Shown here: piece after piece, positions 38,197-52,215 of the stretch
Layout: every line of letters begins with the position of its first letter
Numbering within the stretch: the stretch's first letter is position 1
Assembly: GCF_004010195.1 (NCBI RefSeq)
Contig: NC_057728.1
Location: forward strand, 46,404,645-46,468,644
Length of the DNA: 64,000 nt
From: Chiloscyllium plagiosum
Taxonomy: Eukaryota
Direction: 5' to 3'
Translations under genes and position numbers: made by a program
The notes under the pieces: model-generated
Databases searched by the model: none
What the model saw: only the letters and a program-made list of their open reading frames with translations
Told to the model about the DNA's origin: nothing

Positions 38197-38473
38197 AACA
38201 AAGAACAAAGAAAATTTACAGTCCAGGAACAGGCCCTTTGGCCCTCCAAGCCTGAGCCGATCCAAATCTACTGTCTAAACCTGCCGCCCAATTCCTAAGC
38301 ATCTGTATTCCTCTGCTTTCCATATACTCATGCATCTGTCCAGACGCATCTTAAATGAATGTACTGTGCTTGCCTCTACCACCTCTTCTGGCAACACGTT
38401 CCAGACACCCACCATCCTCTGTGTAAAGTACTTGCCGCGTGTATCCCCCTTAAACTTTTCACCTCTCACCTTG
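38197..38473 (-). mobile_element. 5'-truncated CR1 LINE (distinct subfamily, GAACAAA-type tail)
   Basis: RGEKFKGDTRGKYFTQRMVGVWNVLPEEVV. Confidence 0.85.
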
Positions 38474-38715
38474 AGATCTCCATGTTTGCATTAAAAAAGA
38501 AACACAAACACTGGCATAGTTAGATCAAAGGGACTGTTTCTGCATTATATATGCAACAGAATGTGTTTGATCACTGCATTGAATGAGAAAGGGAGCAATG
38601 TCTAATATCTAGATCTGGGAAATACACAAGTGGTACAAGTGGACAAGTTTGCTTCAGTGGGAAGCAGTGATCATAAAAATCAATATGTTGAAAGTTAGTT
38701 TTAAGAAAGGGACAT

Positions 38716-39017
38716 GGGTGGCACAGTGGTTAACATTGCTGACAGCGGGAGAGGCTTGGGTTCAATTCTAGCCTTAGATGACTGGCTGTGCAGAGTTTGA
38801 ATGTTCTTCCTTTGTCAGCAGGGCTTTCCTCCCACAGTGCAGAGATGTACAGGTTAGGTGAATTGACCATGCTAAATTGCCCTGTGGTGTCCAGGGATGC
38901 ACCAGTTAGCTGGGTTAGCCATGGTCTAAAAACCCCATGCAGGGTTACGGGGATGGGGTGGGAGGCTTTGTGCAGACTCTATGGGCTGAATGGCCTCTTT
39001 CTGCACTATAGGGATTC
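38716..39017 (+). mobile_element. HE1-like V-SINE (old)
   Basis: GGTGGCACAGTGGTTA head; GCTAAATTGCCC core. Confidence 0.75.
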
Positions 39018-41587
39018 TTTGATTGTAAGAAATGATCAGATGTGAATAGACTCAAGTCTACATTTGGTGAGTTGTGAAAGGATCAGACCCTGGCAGATTG
39101 GGAGCAAGAGGATTGACAAGTTAAACAGTAAATAACCCTTACAGAGGATGTAGTTTGAGTACTACCAGTTGACCCTGACAGTAGACTATCTCATACTTCG
39201 CCTCACCCTTGTTCATTTGATAAATTGAAGCTCTCTCTCTGTGGTTTAGTGCTGAACAACACAGATGAAGGAAATTCTCATACAAAAGTAGAAAGAATAA
39301 AAGGCTTGCATTTTTGTCGTGTTTTTCATGCCCTCATACCATCTCAATTACTTTAAGCTCAACAGATTATTCTTGAAAGGCATCTATTATTTTAAGGGCC
39401 AGCACAGATGCCATTGGTACACAGCAAGGAGTTTAAGTCTTTTGATGATGTTGGCAGAGGGATAATTGTTGGTCCAGGTCCTTTGCAAATTTGGTGACTC
39501 TTTTCTGACCAATTTCCATGGGATTCTCTCCATCCACACGAACAGAGAAAACAGAGACCTCAGTATTACATCCCAGCCTCATAGTGGCATCTCCAACAAT
39601 GTAACAGTAAGTACCCTAATGAATTGCCAAATTAAATTATGTGCTCAAATTCTAGAAGCAGCAAATATAAATAATTTCTAAATAGTATTGAATTAAGATG
39701 TTAAATAAAGATGAAAACCACTCTTTCCAGTCAGTGTCCTGAATTTTAATGTGCTCCTTTCCTTGCTGGTCACACGTGTTCTAGTCAGGATAATATTAGC
39801 TCACCCGAGAGAGGTGATGGGACGGGAACTGTGGGAAATTGAATAATTGTTACTGTTTGTGACCATTTATGATATAATGCTCAGTAAGTGGATATGGGCA
39901 GTCTGTTTGCATTATCTCAGAGTCGGAACAAAAACTGAGCAGTATCAGTGCAGCATCTCTTTGATGCTTATGTAACTACTCACAACCTTTCTGACAACAT
40001 TGGATTATATTTACTGCAATGTGCCAAAATTAGTTGTAAACACGGAGAGATAGGTTGTGAATATTCTGTACCTTTGGACAATGTAACTTTTTATCAGATT
40101 TTGAATTATATGCTTTTTTTTCATCCTGGAGATGTGGACATCAGTGGCAAGGCCAACATTCATTGTCTATTCCCAGTAATCCTTTCAGAGGCTGGGTGGA
40201 CCACACCCTGCACTGTTGAAAGGGGTGTGGTGCAGTGGTGCCTGCAATGCTGTTAGGTAGGGGACCAGAACTTTGAAGCAAAGACAATAAAGAAGAAATG
40301 ATATATGCCCAAGTTAGGGCCATGCCTGATTTGGAGAAATGGTTGCATTCACCAGTTCACAGGATCTTCTAAATGTTGGAGATCACAATTTTGGAAGCTG
40401 CTGCTGGAAAACCTCTGTAAATACACGGCAGTCACATTATGTGACAGTGGACTGAGTGGATGTTTCAGTCAGTGAATGACGTAACAGTCGAATGAACCTG
40501 CTTCATTCTGGAGAGTGTCAAGCATAGGTTTTACTGGATCTACAGTCACCCAGTGAAGTACTGAGTATTCCATCTCATTCCTGAATTTTGCTTTGTGGTT
40601 GGTGGTGAGACTACAGAAGGTCAGGAGGTAAGCTACTTGCTGCATAATTTACAGCCTCTGACCTGCTTAGCTTCCACAGTATTTATGGAATGAGCAATAA
40701 ATGCTTGCACTTACTCAATGTAAAGTTGTCCACATCTGGATAATCATCAGGTCCGCATACTAGTTAAATTAGTCCATTACCTGAGAAATTGTGAATGAAG
40801 CTGAATGATGTGCAGTCATTAACAAATAGTATTATATATGATGGAGGTTGGAAAAGGTTGTTGAAGCTTGAGGACACTGTCATGAGGGATATCTGCAGTG
40901 ATCTCCTGGGACTCAGGTGATTGGTCTCCAACAAACACAGCCATGTTTGTTTGTGCTTGGTGTGTGCTGAAACAGAACTTTTTTTCTCTTCATTGCTATT
41001 GATTTCAGTGTTAGGGGAGCTCTTTGTTGTCACCCCAAGTTCTGGTCTCTTGACATCCCAATTTTAATTGCTCCATCATTCATGCAGTGCCTTCAGATGC
41101 CTAGGCCCCAAACTCTGGAATTCCCTCCCTAAACTTCTCTTTCTCTCCAACACATTCCTTCTTTGAGATATTATTCTTTGACTCAAATTTTTGACCATTT
41201 GCTCCAATGTTACTGAAGTGGGTTGTTAAAACTGTATTTCATAACTGTCCTGTAAAGCACCCATCTTAATTGGGATGGTTAGTTACATTAAATATGCTAT
41301 ATAATACAAGGTATTGCTGTTATTGATCCTAGGTTCAGATAACTTGCTGGGCTTGATGTTTAGGAATGACATTGACTGTTAAAATGGGTAAGGCTTCAGG
41401 ATGGAGGGTTATATGATCCGTGTGTTATGTTGGTGAACTGGAAGCATGGTGATGTCATTTCAAGCCCAGTACCTGTTGCTTTCCTTCAGTAAATCAAAGC
41501 TTTTTTGTCTTTGTGAGATTAGAGTGAGAATATTAACATTAAGAAATTATAAACATTCTGAATTGCCATTGTTTATTGTTCTGAATA

Positions 41588-41876
41588 AGATTAGATTCCC
41601 TACAGTATGGAAATAGGCCCTTGAACCCAACAAGTCCACACTGACCCTCCGAAGAACAACCCACCCAGACCCATTCCCTTACATTCACCCCTGAATGATG
41701 CACCTAACACTACGGGCAACTTAGCATGGTCAATTCACCTCACTGCACATCTTTGGACTATGGGAGGAAACCCACGCAGACATGGGGAGAATGTGCAAAC
41801 TCCACAGGTGGGAATTGAACCCAGGTCCCTGGAGTTGTGAGGCAACAGTGCTAACCACTGAGCCACGGTGCCACCC
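41588..41876 (-). mobile_element. HE1-like V-SINE with internal deletions
   Basis: Head, partial V-domain and tail. Confidence 0.85.
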
Positions 41877-42542
41877 CACAATCATCAGCTGATTTTCCTG
41901 CTGTGATTGTGTTTTTAAATCTTCCTTCAGTGACAGTTTTCTTCGCTAAGATTTTATAGATGAATCCCCACACATTCTCATTGTCATAAATTGCCATTTT
42001 CCCAGAAAAGCTCTCTGCTTACGTTATGCGTGAACATTTCTTGATCGAGAAGTTTTGGCTAAAATGATTACTTTCAGGGTAGCAATTTAGTTCCATGAAA
42101 GTTGTAGAGGCAAAGCGTGTTTTGCATTTTTCCCTGCTGACATGAAAGAGTATCTGGCAGAATCCGAAAATACAGTTAAAAGTCACTAGAATGTCATGTG
42201 AAATGCCTGATCTCTAAGAACCCCTTGCTTCATTACCTGTAAATAAAATAAAGGGTAGAAGCAATGACTAGAAATGACATAAGTGCTTGTGACTTGTCAA
42301 CAGGATGCTTTCACTGACATGGTTTCACTAAATGAATATGAAAGTACTTCTGTGGCTGAGAATGCAACATAAAGGAAAACTACTTTCACAATTGTCAATT
42401 TTTATGTTCCGTACAAATAGATTAAATTTCCAAGTAAAAATAGCTTACACAGTAAAGTGTACAAATTATTAGAAAGGACAGTTATCTGATAGGTGTATGT
42501 GTAAGAGGTAGAAAGGTATTATAATTTATAGAGTGGTGAGTT

Positions 42543-45500
42543 ATAGAGTCATAGAGATGTACAGCATAGAAACAGACCCTTCAATCCAAACCGTCCATGT
42601 CAACCAGATATCCCACCCAATCTAGTCCCACTTGTCAGCACCCGGCCCATATCCCTCCAAACCCTTCCTATTCATATACCCATCCAAATGCCTCTTAAAT
42701 GTTGCAATGGTACCAGCCTCCACCACTTCCTCTGACAGCTCATTCCATACATGTACCACCCTCTATGTGAAAAAGTTACTCCTTTGGTCTCTTTTATATC
42801 TTTCCCCTCTCACCTAAACTTATGCCCTCTAGTTCTGGACTCCCGACCCCAGGGAAAACACTTTGTCTATTTATCCTATCCATGCCCCTCATAATTTTGT
42901 AAATCTCTATAAGGTCACCCCTCAGCCTCCGACACTCCAAGGAAAACAGCCCCAGCCTGTTCAGCCTCTCCCTATAGGTCAGATCCTCCAACCCTGGTAA
43001 CATCCTTGTAAATCTTTTCTGTACCCTTTCAAGTTTCACAATATCTTTCTGATAGGAAGGAGACCAGAATTGTACGCAGTATTCCAACAGTGGCCTAACC
43101 AATGTCCTTACAGCCTCAACATTACCTCCCAACCCCTGTACTCAATTCTCTGACCAATAAAAGAAAGCATACCAAACGGCTTCTTCACTATCCTATCTAC
43201 CCGCGACTCCACTTTCAAGGAGCTATGAACCTGCATTCCAAGGTCTCTTTGTTCAGCAACACTCCCTCGGACCTTACCATTAGGTGTATACGTCCTGCTA
43301 AGATTTGCTTTCCCAAATTCAGCACCTTGCATTTATCTGAATTAAACTCCATCTGCCACGTCTCTGCTCATTGGCCCGTCTGGTCCAGATCCTGTTGTAA
43401 TCTGAGGTAACCCTCTTCGCTGTCCACTACACCTCCAATTTTGGTGTCATCTGCAAACTTACTAACTGTACCTCTTATGCTCGCATCCAAATCATTTATG
43501 TAAATGACAAAAAGTAGAGGACCCAGCATCGATCCTTGTGGCACTCCACTGGTCACAGGCCTCCTGTCTGAAAAACAACCCTCCACCACCACCCTCTGTC
43601 TTCTATATTTGAGCCAGTTCTGTATCCAAATGGCTAATTCTCCCTTTATTCCATGAGATCTAACCTTGCTAATCAGTTTCCCATGGGGAACCTTGTCGAA
43701 CGCCTTACTAAAGTCCATATAGATCACGTGCACTTCTCTGCCCTCATCAATCTTCTTTGTTACTTCCTCAAAAAACTCAATCAAGTTTGTGAGACATGAT
43801 TTCCCATGCACAAAGCCATGTTGACTATCCCTAATCAGTTCTTGCCTTTCCAAATACATGTACATCCTGTCCCTCAGGATTCCCTCCAACAACTTGCCCA
43901 CCACCGACATCAGGCTCACTGGTCTATAGTTCCCTGGCTTTTCCTTACCACCCTTCTTAAATGATGGCACCACGTTAGCCAATCTCCAGTCTTCCAGCAC
44001 CTCACCTGTGACTATCGATGATACAAATATCTCAGCAAGAGGCCCAGCAATCACTTCTCTAGCTTCCCACAGAGTTCGAGGGTACACCTGATGAGGTCCT
44101 AGGGTTTATCCACCTTCAAGACATTTCAAGACATCCAGCACTTTCTCCTCTGTAATTTGGACATTTTGCAAGGTGTCATCATCTATTTCCATATCCTTTT
44201 CCACAGTAATTACTGATGCAAAATATATTGTTTAGTATCTACCTCACAAGGCTCCACACAAGGCGGCACGGTGGTACAGTGGTTAGCACTGATGCCTCAC
44301 AGCTCCCGAGACCCGGGTTCAATTCCCGCCTCAGGCGACTGACTGTGTGGAGTTTGCACATTCTCCCCGTGTCTGCGTGGGTTTCCTCCGGGTGCTCCGG
44401 TTTCCTCCCACAATCCAAAGATGTGCAGGTCAGGTGAATTGACCATGTTAAATTGCCTGTAGTGTTAGGTAATGGGTACATGTAGGGGTATGGGTGGGTT
44501 CGGCGGGTCGGTGTGGACTTGTTGGGCCAAAGGGCCTATTTCCACACTGTAATGTAATCTAAAAAGCCGCCTTACTAATCTTTGAGGGGCCCTATTCTCT
44601 CCCTAGTTACCCTTTTGTCCTTAACATATTTGTAAAAACCCTTTGGATTATCCTTAATTCTATTTGCCAAAGCTATCTCATGTCCCATTTTTGCCCTCCT
44701 GATTTCCCTCTTAAGTATACTCTTACTGCCTTTATACTCTTCTAAGGATTCACTCGATTTATCCTGTCTATACCTTACATATTCTTTTTCTTAACCAAAC
44801 CCTCAATTTCTTTTGTCACTCATCATTCTCTATACCTACCAGCCTTTCCTTTCACCCTAACAGGGATATACTTTCTCTGGATTCTCGTGATCTCATTTCT
44901 GAAGGCTTCCCATTTTCCAGCCGTACCTTTACCTGCGAACATCTACCCCCAGTCAGCTTTTGAAAGTCCTTGCCTTTCTCTAATTTAGAACTTCAACTTT
45001 TAATCTGGTCTATCCTTTTCCATCACTATTTTAAATCTAATAGAATTATGGTCGCTGGTCCCAAAGTGCTCCCCCACTGACACCTCAGTCATCTACCCTG
45101 CCTTATTTCCCAAGAGTAGGTCAAGTTTTTCACCTCTAGTAGGTACATTCATGTACTGAATCAGAAAATTTTCTTGTACACACTTAACAAATTCCCCTCC
45201 ATCTATACCTTTAACACTATGGCAGTCCCAGTCGATGTTTGGAAAGTTAAAATCCCCTACCATAATCACCCTATTATTCTTACAGATAGCTGAGATCTTC
45301 TTACAAATTTGTTTCTCAATTTCTCTCTAACTATTAGCAGGTCTATAATACAATCTCAATAAGGTGATCATCCCTTTCTTATTTCTCAGCTCCACCCAAA
45401 TAACTTCCCTGGAAGTATTTCCAGGAATATTCTCCCTCAGCATAGCTGTAATGCTATCCCTTGTCAAAAATGCCACTCCCCCTTCTCTCTTGCCTCTCTT

Positions 45501-45612
45501 TCTATCTTTCCTGTAGCATTTGTATCCTGGAACATTAAGCTGCCAATCCTACCCATCCCTGAGCCATGTTTCTATAATTGCTATGATATCCCAGTCCCAT
45601 GTTTCTAACCAT
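42543..45612 (-). mobile_element. Young CR1 LINE, about 2.8 kb of ORF2 (endonuclease to RT to 3' tail) with frameshifts
   Basis: [43 protein letters not shown] (ORF 43368-44087); SINE inserted at 44262-44561. Confidence 0.95.
44262..44561 (+). mobile_element. HE1-like V-SINE inserted in a CR1
   Basis: Young copy; CR1 sequence is collinear on both sides. Confidence 0.92.
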
Positions 45613-46576
45613 TCATTTCTAATTGTACTCATTATCAAAAGTGATCATCAGAAAATCACCAAAGGCACACACAAAGTTTCTGAATGCATATGTATATGTA
45701 CACAAAAGAAGATTTGTTCAATATTTAGTTTTTATTTCCTTTTTATTCATATTATGCAAATAAATGAATCATGTCAAGTGTATCATCACATCACTTGTCA
45801 TGCCATCGTCATGGAAACACTGACCTACAGCTTTTTGACATTTATTCATCATGAAAGAAGGAGAATACCTTTATCAGGGATTTTTCATATTATGGTAATC
45901 CTGTCGTCTATGCTCAAATAACTCCGACTCAAATGGTCAAGTGCCGACACCAATTTCTAACGTTAAGTGAGTGGTTTCCTCTTCAAGTGTTAGCCTTAAT
46001 TTATCATCTTATACAATCAAATCCTAACCATACAAAGTTAGGTGTGTGCTCAAAATAATCAAGTAGGCAATATGAAGTAGAAATTGAGTGCTAAAAAAAT
46101 TAAAATATTAGATCATACAAATTAAGCTACTTCACATTAAGTGTAGACAATTAAGCCAACAAACATAGAGGTGAAGTCTATTGCAAAGAAATAGAATGCT
46201 AAAATTAAGCTATGCTTACACAATAATTTTAACTATTATGAAATATTCTATCACATCTATGATCAGTGAATGTCATTGCATAGAATAACAGCATCAATTG
46301 TAAATAAGCACAGTCACAAATTGTACAGGGATAATTCAAAGTACATTGTTGAACAAACTTTTGGCTGAATTTTAGAATATTGATTATTTAGCCTGATACC
46401 ATCACCATCTGCAAATAGCTAATATGATTTGAATTCTTTGGATAGCTATAGATGAAGTGCCTTAAAACTGCAATATTTGAGAATTAATTAGAATTTGAAT
46501 GACCCAAGTGAACTGATACTGGCTTACTCTGTACTTTGCATTCACCCTTTGTAATTGTAACAGAGCAGCATTAATT

Positions 46577-46915
46577 CATAAAATCATTAGGAATATAGAT
46601 CAGGTGAATAGCCAATGTCTTTTCCCCAGGGTAGGGGATTCAAAACTAGAGGCTATAATCTTAAAGTGAAAGGCGAAAGATTTAAAAGGGACCTAAGGGG
46701 CAACATTTTCACACAGAAGATGGTTCAAATGTGGAATGAGAAGGAAGTGGCAAATACAGTTACAACATTTGAAAGACATTTGGGCAGGTATATGAATAGG
46801 AATGTTTTAGAGGGATATGGGGCTAATGCAGGCAAATGGAATTAATTTAGTTCTTGAAACCTGATCGGCATGGATGAGTTGGATCGAAGTGTCTATTTCT
46901 GTGCTGTATGATTCT
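46577..46915 (+). mobile_element. CR1 LINE 3' fragment
   Basis: TRGYNLKVKGERFKRDLRGNIFTQKMVQMWNE. Confidence 0.85.
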
Positions 46916-47122
46916 GTAATTCTGTAATGACAGCCATTGGAGTGCTGTTAAATAGAAAGCCCAAACCCTTTTCAGGTTGCAAATACAAGACTTGAATATT
47001 GTTGTAAAAAAGGATGCAGTTTGTGAAAGTTCTCATCTTGCAGTCATCAAATTCACAAGAAAGTGAGGGCGAAATAACATACATACTGTGTGAAAAGGGA
47101 GGGATCATTGTTTGGCAAGTGA

Positions 47123-47192
47123 ATTAGATTAGATTAGATTCTCTACAGTGTGGAAACAGGCCCTTCAGCCCAACAAGTCCACACCGACCCTC
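47123..47192 (-). mobile_element. HE1-like SINE 3' tail fragment
   Basis: (ATTAG)3...TGGAAACAGGCCCTTCAGCCCAACAAGTCCACACCGACCC. Confidence 0.8.
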
Positions 47193-47242
47193 CTGCTGAT
47201 TGTTTATAGAATTGCCATGGAGAATGTGCTATTTCAGTTTGA

Positions 47243-47438
47243 TAGGTAAAAACAATATCTGCAGATGCTGGAAGCCAGATTCTGGATTAGTGGTGCTGGA
47301 AAAGCACAGCAGTTCAGGCAGCATCCGAGGAGCAGTAAAATCGACATTTCGGGCAAAAGCCCTCCACCAGGAATACGGATGAAGGGCTTTTGCCCGAAAC
47401 ATCGATTTTACTGCTCCTTGGATGCTGCCTGAACTGCA
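47243..47438. mobile_element. Family B fold-back copy
   Basis: Inverted arms around ~47370; TSD GTGCTATTTYAGTTTGA (47226-47242 / 47439-47455). Confidence 0.75.
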
Positions 47439-48237
47439 GTGCTATTTTAGTTTGAGGACATCGATCAAATATAAGCTGTGAGAAGAAAGACAGTACTGCA
47501 CTACTGCCTTCTGGCTTTGGAAGGATTGGGGTGGTGGAGGGTTGGGGTGGTGTACAGCGGTAATCTAGGGGAGGCACTGCAATGGTGATTCCTCTAGGTT
47601 TGCAAGGAGCTCCTGCTCCTACAAAATAAAGCCAAAGTTTCTTTAATTGTTTTCTGAATGAGTTCTATTAGTCACTTGAAAGACCACTGGATAGGTTGTT
47701 CAATATATCAAACACATGGCAACAATGTGAAGAGATCATGGTCCACCTGTTTTTGTGTCCAAGAATTTTTTTCAAGATTTATGTACTGAACTCTAAGTCC
47801 ACCTCAGAAACTCTAGGGCTTGACAAACATTGAAAGGTTTTAGAATATCATCATACTTCATTGTAATATGCAAAGACAATTGTAAGACATAGTTCAGGGA
47901 GTGCTTTATTTTACGATATACAAGAACAGGTCAGAATTCAGTAGTATTCCTGTACTTGCAATAGCAGTAAAATTAATCTCACATGATGAAGGAGGTGTGC
48001 CATAAATTATTTTAAATCTATTTTGAATTGACACACATGCTTCATTGATGACAATTTGTATATTAACTGTCATAATTAAACAATATCAAGAGTAATGGGA
48101 GTTTCAGGTTAATTAGATATTGATATTTCAAAGGTTATTTCAAAATTCATTAAAATTTAGAAAAATCTTGATACCTGGATTTGCTGTAGTAACTTGGAGA
48201 GGACTTGATCATCTGGAGAAGGGCACCATTTTTAATC

Positions 48238-48555
48238 GTAGAATCCCTACAGTGTAGATGCAGGCCACTTGGCCCATTGAGTCTATACTGACCCAATGAA
48301 GAGCAGACCCCCAAGATCCACCCAATCCCAGTAACCCTGCTTTTCCCCTGGCTAACAACTCATCTAAGTCTTCACTTCCCTGGACAATGGCCAATCCACC
48401 TAACCAGCACATCTTTGGACTGTGCACTGGGAAGAAACCACGCAGACATGGGGAGAACATGCAAACTCCACACAGACCGTCACCCAAGGCTGGAATTGAA
48501 CCTGAAACCCTGGTGCTATAAGGTAGCAGTGCTAACCATTGAGTCATTATACCGC
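48238..48555 (-). mobile_element. HE1-like V-SINE (old)
   Basis: Diverged V-domain and head. Confidence 0.8.
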
Positions 48556-49522
48556 TCATTTTTGAATGAGATTAAGTCACTATAAATTTATGATATGGCA
48601 TTTATTTTAGCAGATATTGTTGAATAAAGTAACATTTTTCACTGTACTTGTATTTAAATTCTCAAAATCTTGTCCAGACTTAGATCATTAGAAGCTAGCA
48701 AAATATTTCTGCAGGAGACTTTGAAGTAATTTTAATTAAGTGCTGTGTGGTTCCTATAAAACAATACATGGGATGATATACTTTGCTGAGCAACTTGTTC
48801 TGTTTTTGGACAGCAGTTAATGATCAGAGTAGTCTCTGACCCATTGCAGTACCGATACCATCATTATTGTTTGAGAGAATGACAGAGATTTAAATCTTTC
48901 ATAACCTTGTACTCTTGAGGCCTATGAGAGACTGGGATAATGCTTTATTCCATTTAATCCACCATTTATATGGAATTAGATCAAACATATCAGCATGGAG
49001 TCAGGCTATTCATCCTAATTGGTCTGTGCAGATGTTTATGCATCCAATGAGCCTGCTTTCACACCTCTTCATCCAGTCTCTCTTCATTCCCCTTCATATA
49101 TTCCCACCCTTCTTTACCCAATTCCATCAGCTTATCCTTCTGTTTTTTTTCTCCTTCATAATTACCTTTAGGTTATGTTGGGCCTGGGACTGACTGCTTG
49201 ACTTGTTCACTGATGCAGATCTAGTGGTGACAGCCCCTCATTTCAAGGGTGATCTACTCAGGATCTGCCATGAATCTGCATGTGACTGAACAGGCTGATT
49301 CTTGACAAGCAGATCTTTGAACACATGGATGTCCAATGATATGGTGGAATTTGGACTAGAGGATTCATTTCCTTTTCATGCCTTCACTCCAATCGCTCTG
49401 CCTCAACATTAAGTTGTTGTGATTCAAACTGTGATGTCACTTGATGGTCAAGTAGTTGCTATTTTTGACTAATTGGCAACAAGGTCATCCTAGACATCTA
49501 TGTCAATGCTATTGTACATCAA

Positions 49523-49699
49523 AGTTAAAAATCACACAACACCAGGTTATAGTCCAACAGGTTTAATTGGAAGCACACTAGCTTTCGGAGCGTCGCTCCG
49601 AAAGCTAGTGTGCTTCCAATTAAACCTGTTGGACTATAACCTGGTGTTGTGTGATTTTTAACTTTGTACACCCCAGTCCAACACCGGCATCTCCGAATC
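49523..49699. mobile_element. Family A fold-back insertion, second copy (opposite orientation)
   Basis: Perfect 147-bp palindrome 49520-49666 centred at 49593; 12-bp TSD ATTGTACATCAA (49511-49522 / 49700-49711); same tail ACACCGGCATCTCCGAATCA as the reverse complement of the 1725 copy. Confidence 0.8.
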
Positions 49700-52120
49700 A
49701 TTGTACATCAAGGACAACTTCAGAGTATATGTTGTTTTTTCTTTGGCCTGTCCTGGAATGTTCTGCATTTGAGAGCTGAGAAAACAAGACCTGTTAGAGG
49801 AGACAGTTTTCATTTGTCCAGACACAGTGACTGGTCCATTGAAGTTAATTTTATTGGTCTATTGGCTGAATTAATGTGGAGCTGGCTTAAAGAACCACAA
49901 TATCATTTGATCAATAGTCCTCCTGTTAAATCCTGAGGATATTGGTGGAATGTCTCCAGCAGCGATACATAGTTAAGTCTCACATTTGTATAGGAGTGTG
50001 GTGATAATACTTGCTCTGTACACCAGGACTTGTGGAGGTCTTTGCTGTCCATCATGTGCTGCCATAGTTTGTATAAGACTGTGGTGATCTGGTGTCAGAT
50101 ATTCCCTTCAATAGTGGACTTTTGAGAGAAGTGGCTGCCAAGATATTGAGAAGGCTCAACATATTCCAGAGACTCTCCTTTCAACTATTTGGCAGGTAGA
50201 AAATTTGACCAGGTGTGGATTGATACATAAGTCTTCTTTATGGACATGGCAAGATTATTTTATGCAGAATTGAAATGATTGAGAGCAATGATCAAATTTG
50301 GTGTAAATCGGGGAACAATGCTGGAGTCACCCATAAACTATAGATAATTTATACCTTTCTTGGTCAGTTCAATTTGGGGATAGAGGTGACTGAGGTCAAG
50401 CAGTTTTCTAACCAGGTACTATTTAATACTGACACCAGATGGCATCTGATCTTTGGGGTGAATGAATACTGTCAGGTAGATTGTAAACAGTTTTTCTTAA
50501 TTCATTTATGAGACGAGGACAGACCAGCAGTTATTGCCCAACGGGCAGTTAGGAGTCAACCACATTGCTGTGGGTTTGGAGTTACATGTTGGCAGTTTCC
50601 TTCCGTAAAGGGCATTAGGCAGGTTTTTCTTGACAAATGATAGATAGTCACCATTAAACTCTTAATTCCAGGTTTACATAGAACTCAAATTCTACAATCT
50701 GCCATTGCAGGATTAGACCGCAAGTCCCCAGAACATTACCTGGGTCTCTGAATTAAGAGTCCAACAATAATACCACTAGGCTATCACTTCCCTTGAGTAT
50801 GAGGCTATCATACCGCCTTGCTAAACCCTGTTCTGGATAATGAAAGTATCACTTTCCACTCAAAACAGTTGTATTCAAATCATAAAAAAGCATTGCTAGG
50901 GTTGTGATGAAATTTCTTGAATACCTAAATCTTCGGAGTACAATCCACAGAGCTTTTCAATTTACTGAGTCAAATGTTTTGGTTGGGTGAATGAACATAA
51001 TGAAGAGTTTGTGATATTGTTCTTGCCATTTTCTTTTATTTGTCTGGCAAAAAGAGGTCGGGGTTTCTCTGAAAATCTAAAGCATACTGAGGAAGAATTT
51101 CCAACACAGGAAGTAGGTCATACAGGGAAACACATATTTAGACTTTCCCTGCTGTCAACAAGAAGGAATATTCCATAGATTCCACTGAAACTGCAGATTA
51201 ATAGACCATGGAACAGACAAATGAAATTATTCTGATTGTTAACCATCAAAGCGGAATACATTCAGGAGATGGTAACACCTGGAGATTAACAGCCCATCTC
51301 ATAACGTACAAGAGCTGACTTCAAAGGCACAGTTGTCATTTGAAAGGATTCCCATGGTAATCAACTATACATCTCATTATTCAGCTTTAAAATCTGTCTG
51401 GAGAAGTGAATTCTATGAATTAGCAGTTTGTATCACTGATATTCTACATTTAATTGTGAAAACCCATAAAGGGCAGTTTATTCATTTTATATGTATATAA
51501 ACAAATTTATAAGGAATACAGTTTATTGGGATAACACAAACTCTAATGAATGGATTCAATTTTTAAAATTGTTTTCAGTCATACATTTTTAATAATGTCA
51601 TGTACCTTTCTGCTTCTGTATATTATTTAAACCGTAAACAATTTGCTTTGGCTTTATGATAATTACATTGAACTAATAATCTGTTATTCACTGCTACTCA
51701 GTCAAGACACGAGAGTATGGTGGACATCAGCAAAAATGATTTACTGGAGACCAAGACTACTTTCTTCAGCCTTGGTAGTTTGCATCATTGAGGCCTCTGT
51801 GTGCAGTGAAGATATAAGTGTCATGCAACCAAGGATTATTATGGAACACATTATGGTGTACCAAAAAAATCAAGCTATTAGACTTAAAATTATATAATCA
51901 TTTGAAGTAACTAAAATAAGCTGCATCAAAGCAAGACTTTAGATCCAAAATATAATTATTTTACAATCTGAAATTATAATTTTTGTATAAGGGCAAGAAG
52001 TACTTTAGATCAATGGACAAATTAGATGGTGTCTGAACTACATTCGTGTCACATAATGTTGGGATTATTGGAGATTGCTGCCTATCACTTATACCAGTGA
52101 AGTAGATTTGGGTAGTTGGA

Positions 52121-52215
52121 TCCTTGTGGTGCAGTGGTAGTGTCCCTAACTCTGGGCCAGGAGGTCTGGGTTCAAGTCCCATATATCCAGGGGGTACAGT
52201 AACATGTCTAAGCAG
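52121..52215 (+). mobile_element. Short tRNA-headed repeat (about 100 bp; relatives at ~36515, ~36703, ~24510)
   Basis: TGGTGCAGTGGTA (A box) ... GGGTTCAAGTCCC (B box). Confidence 0.5.
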
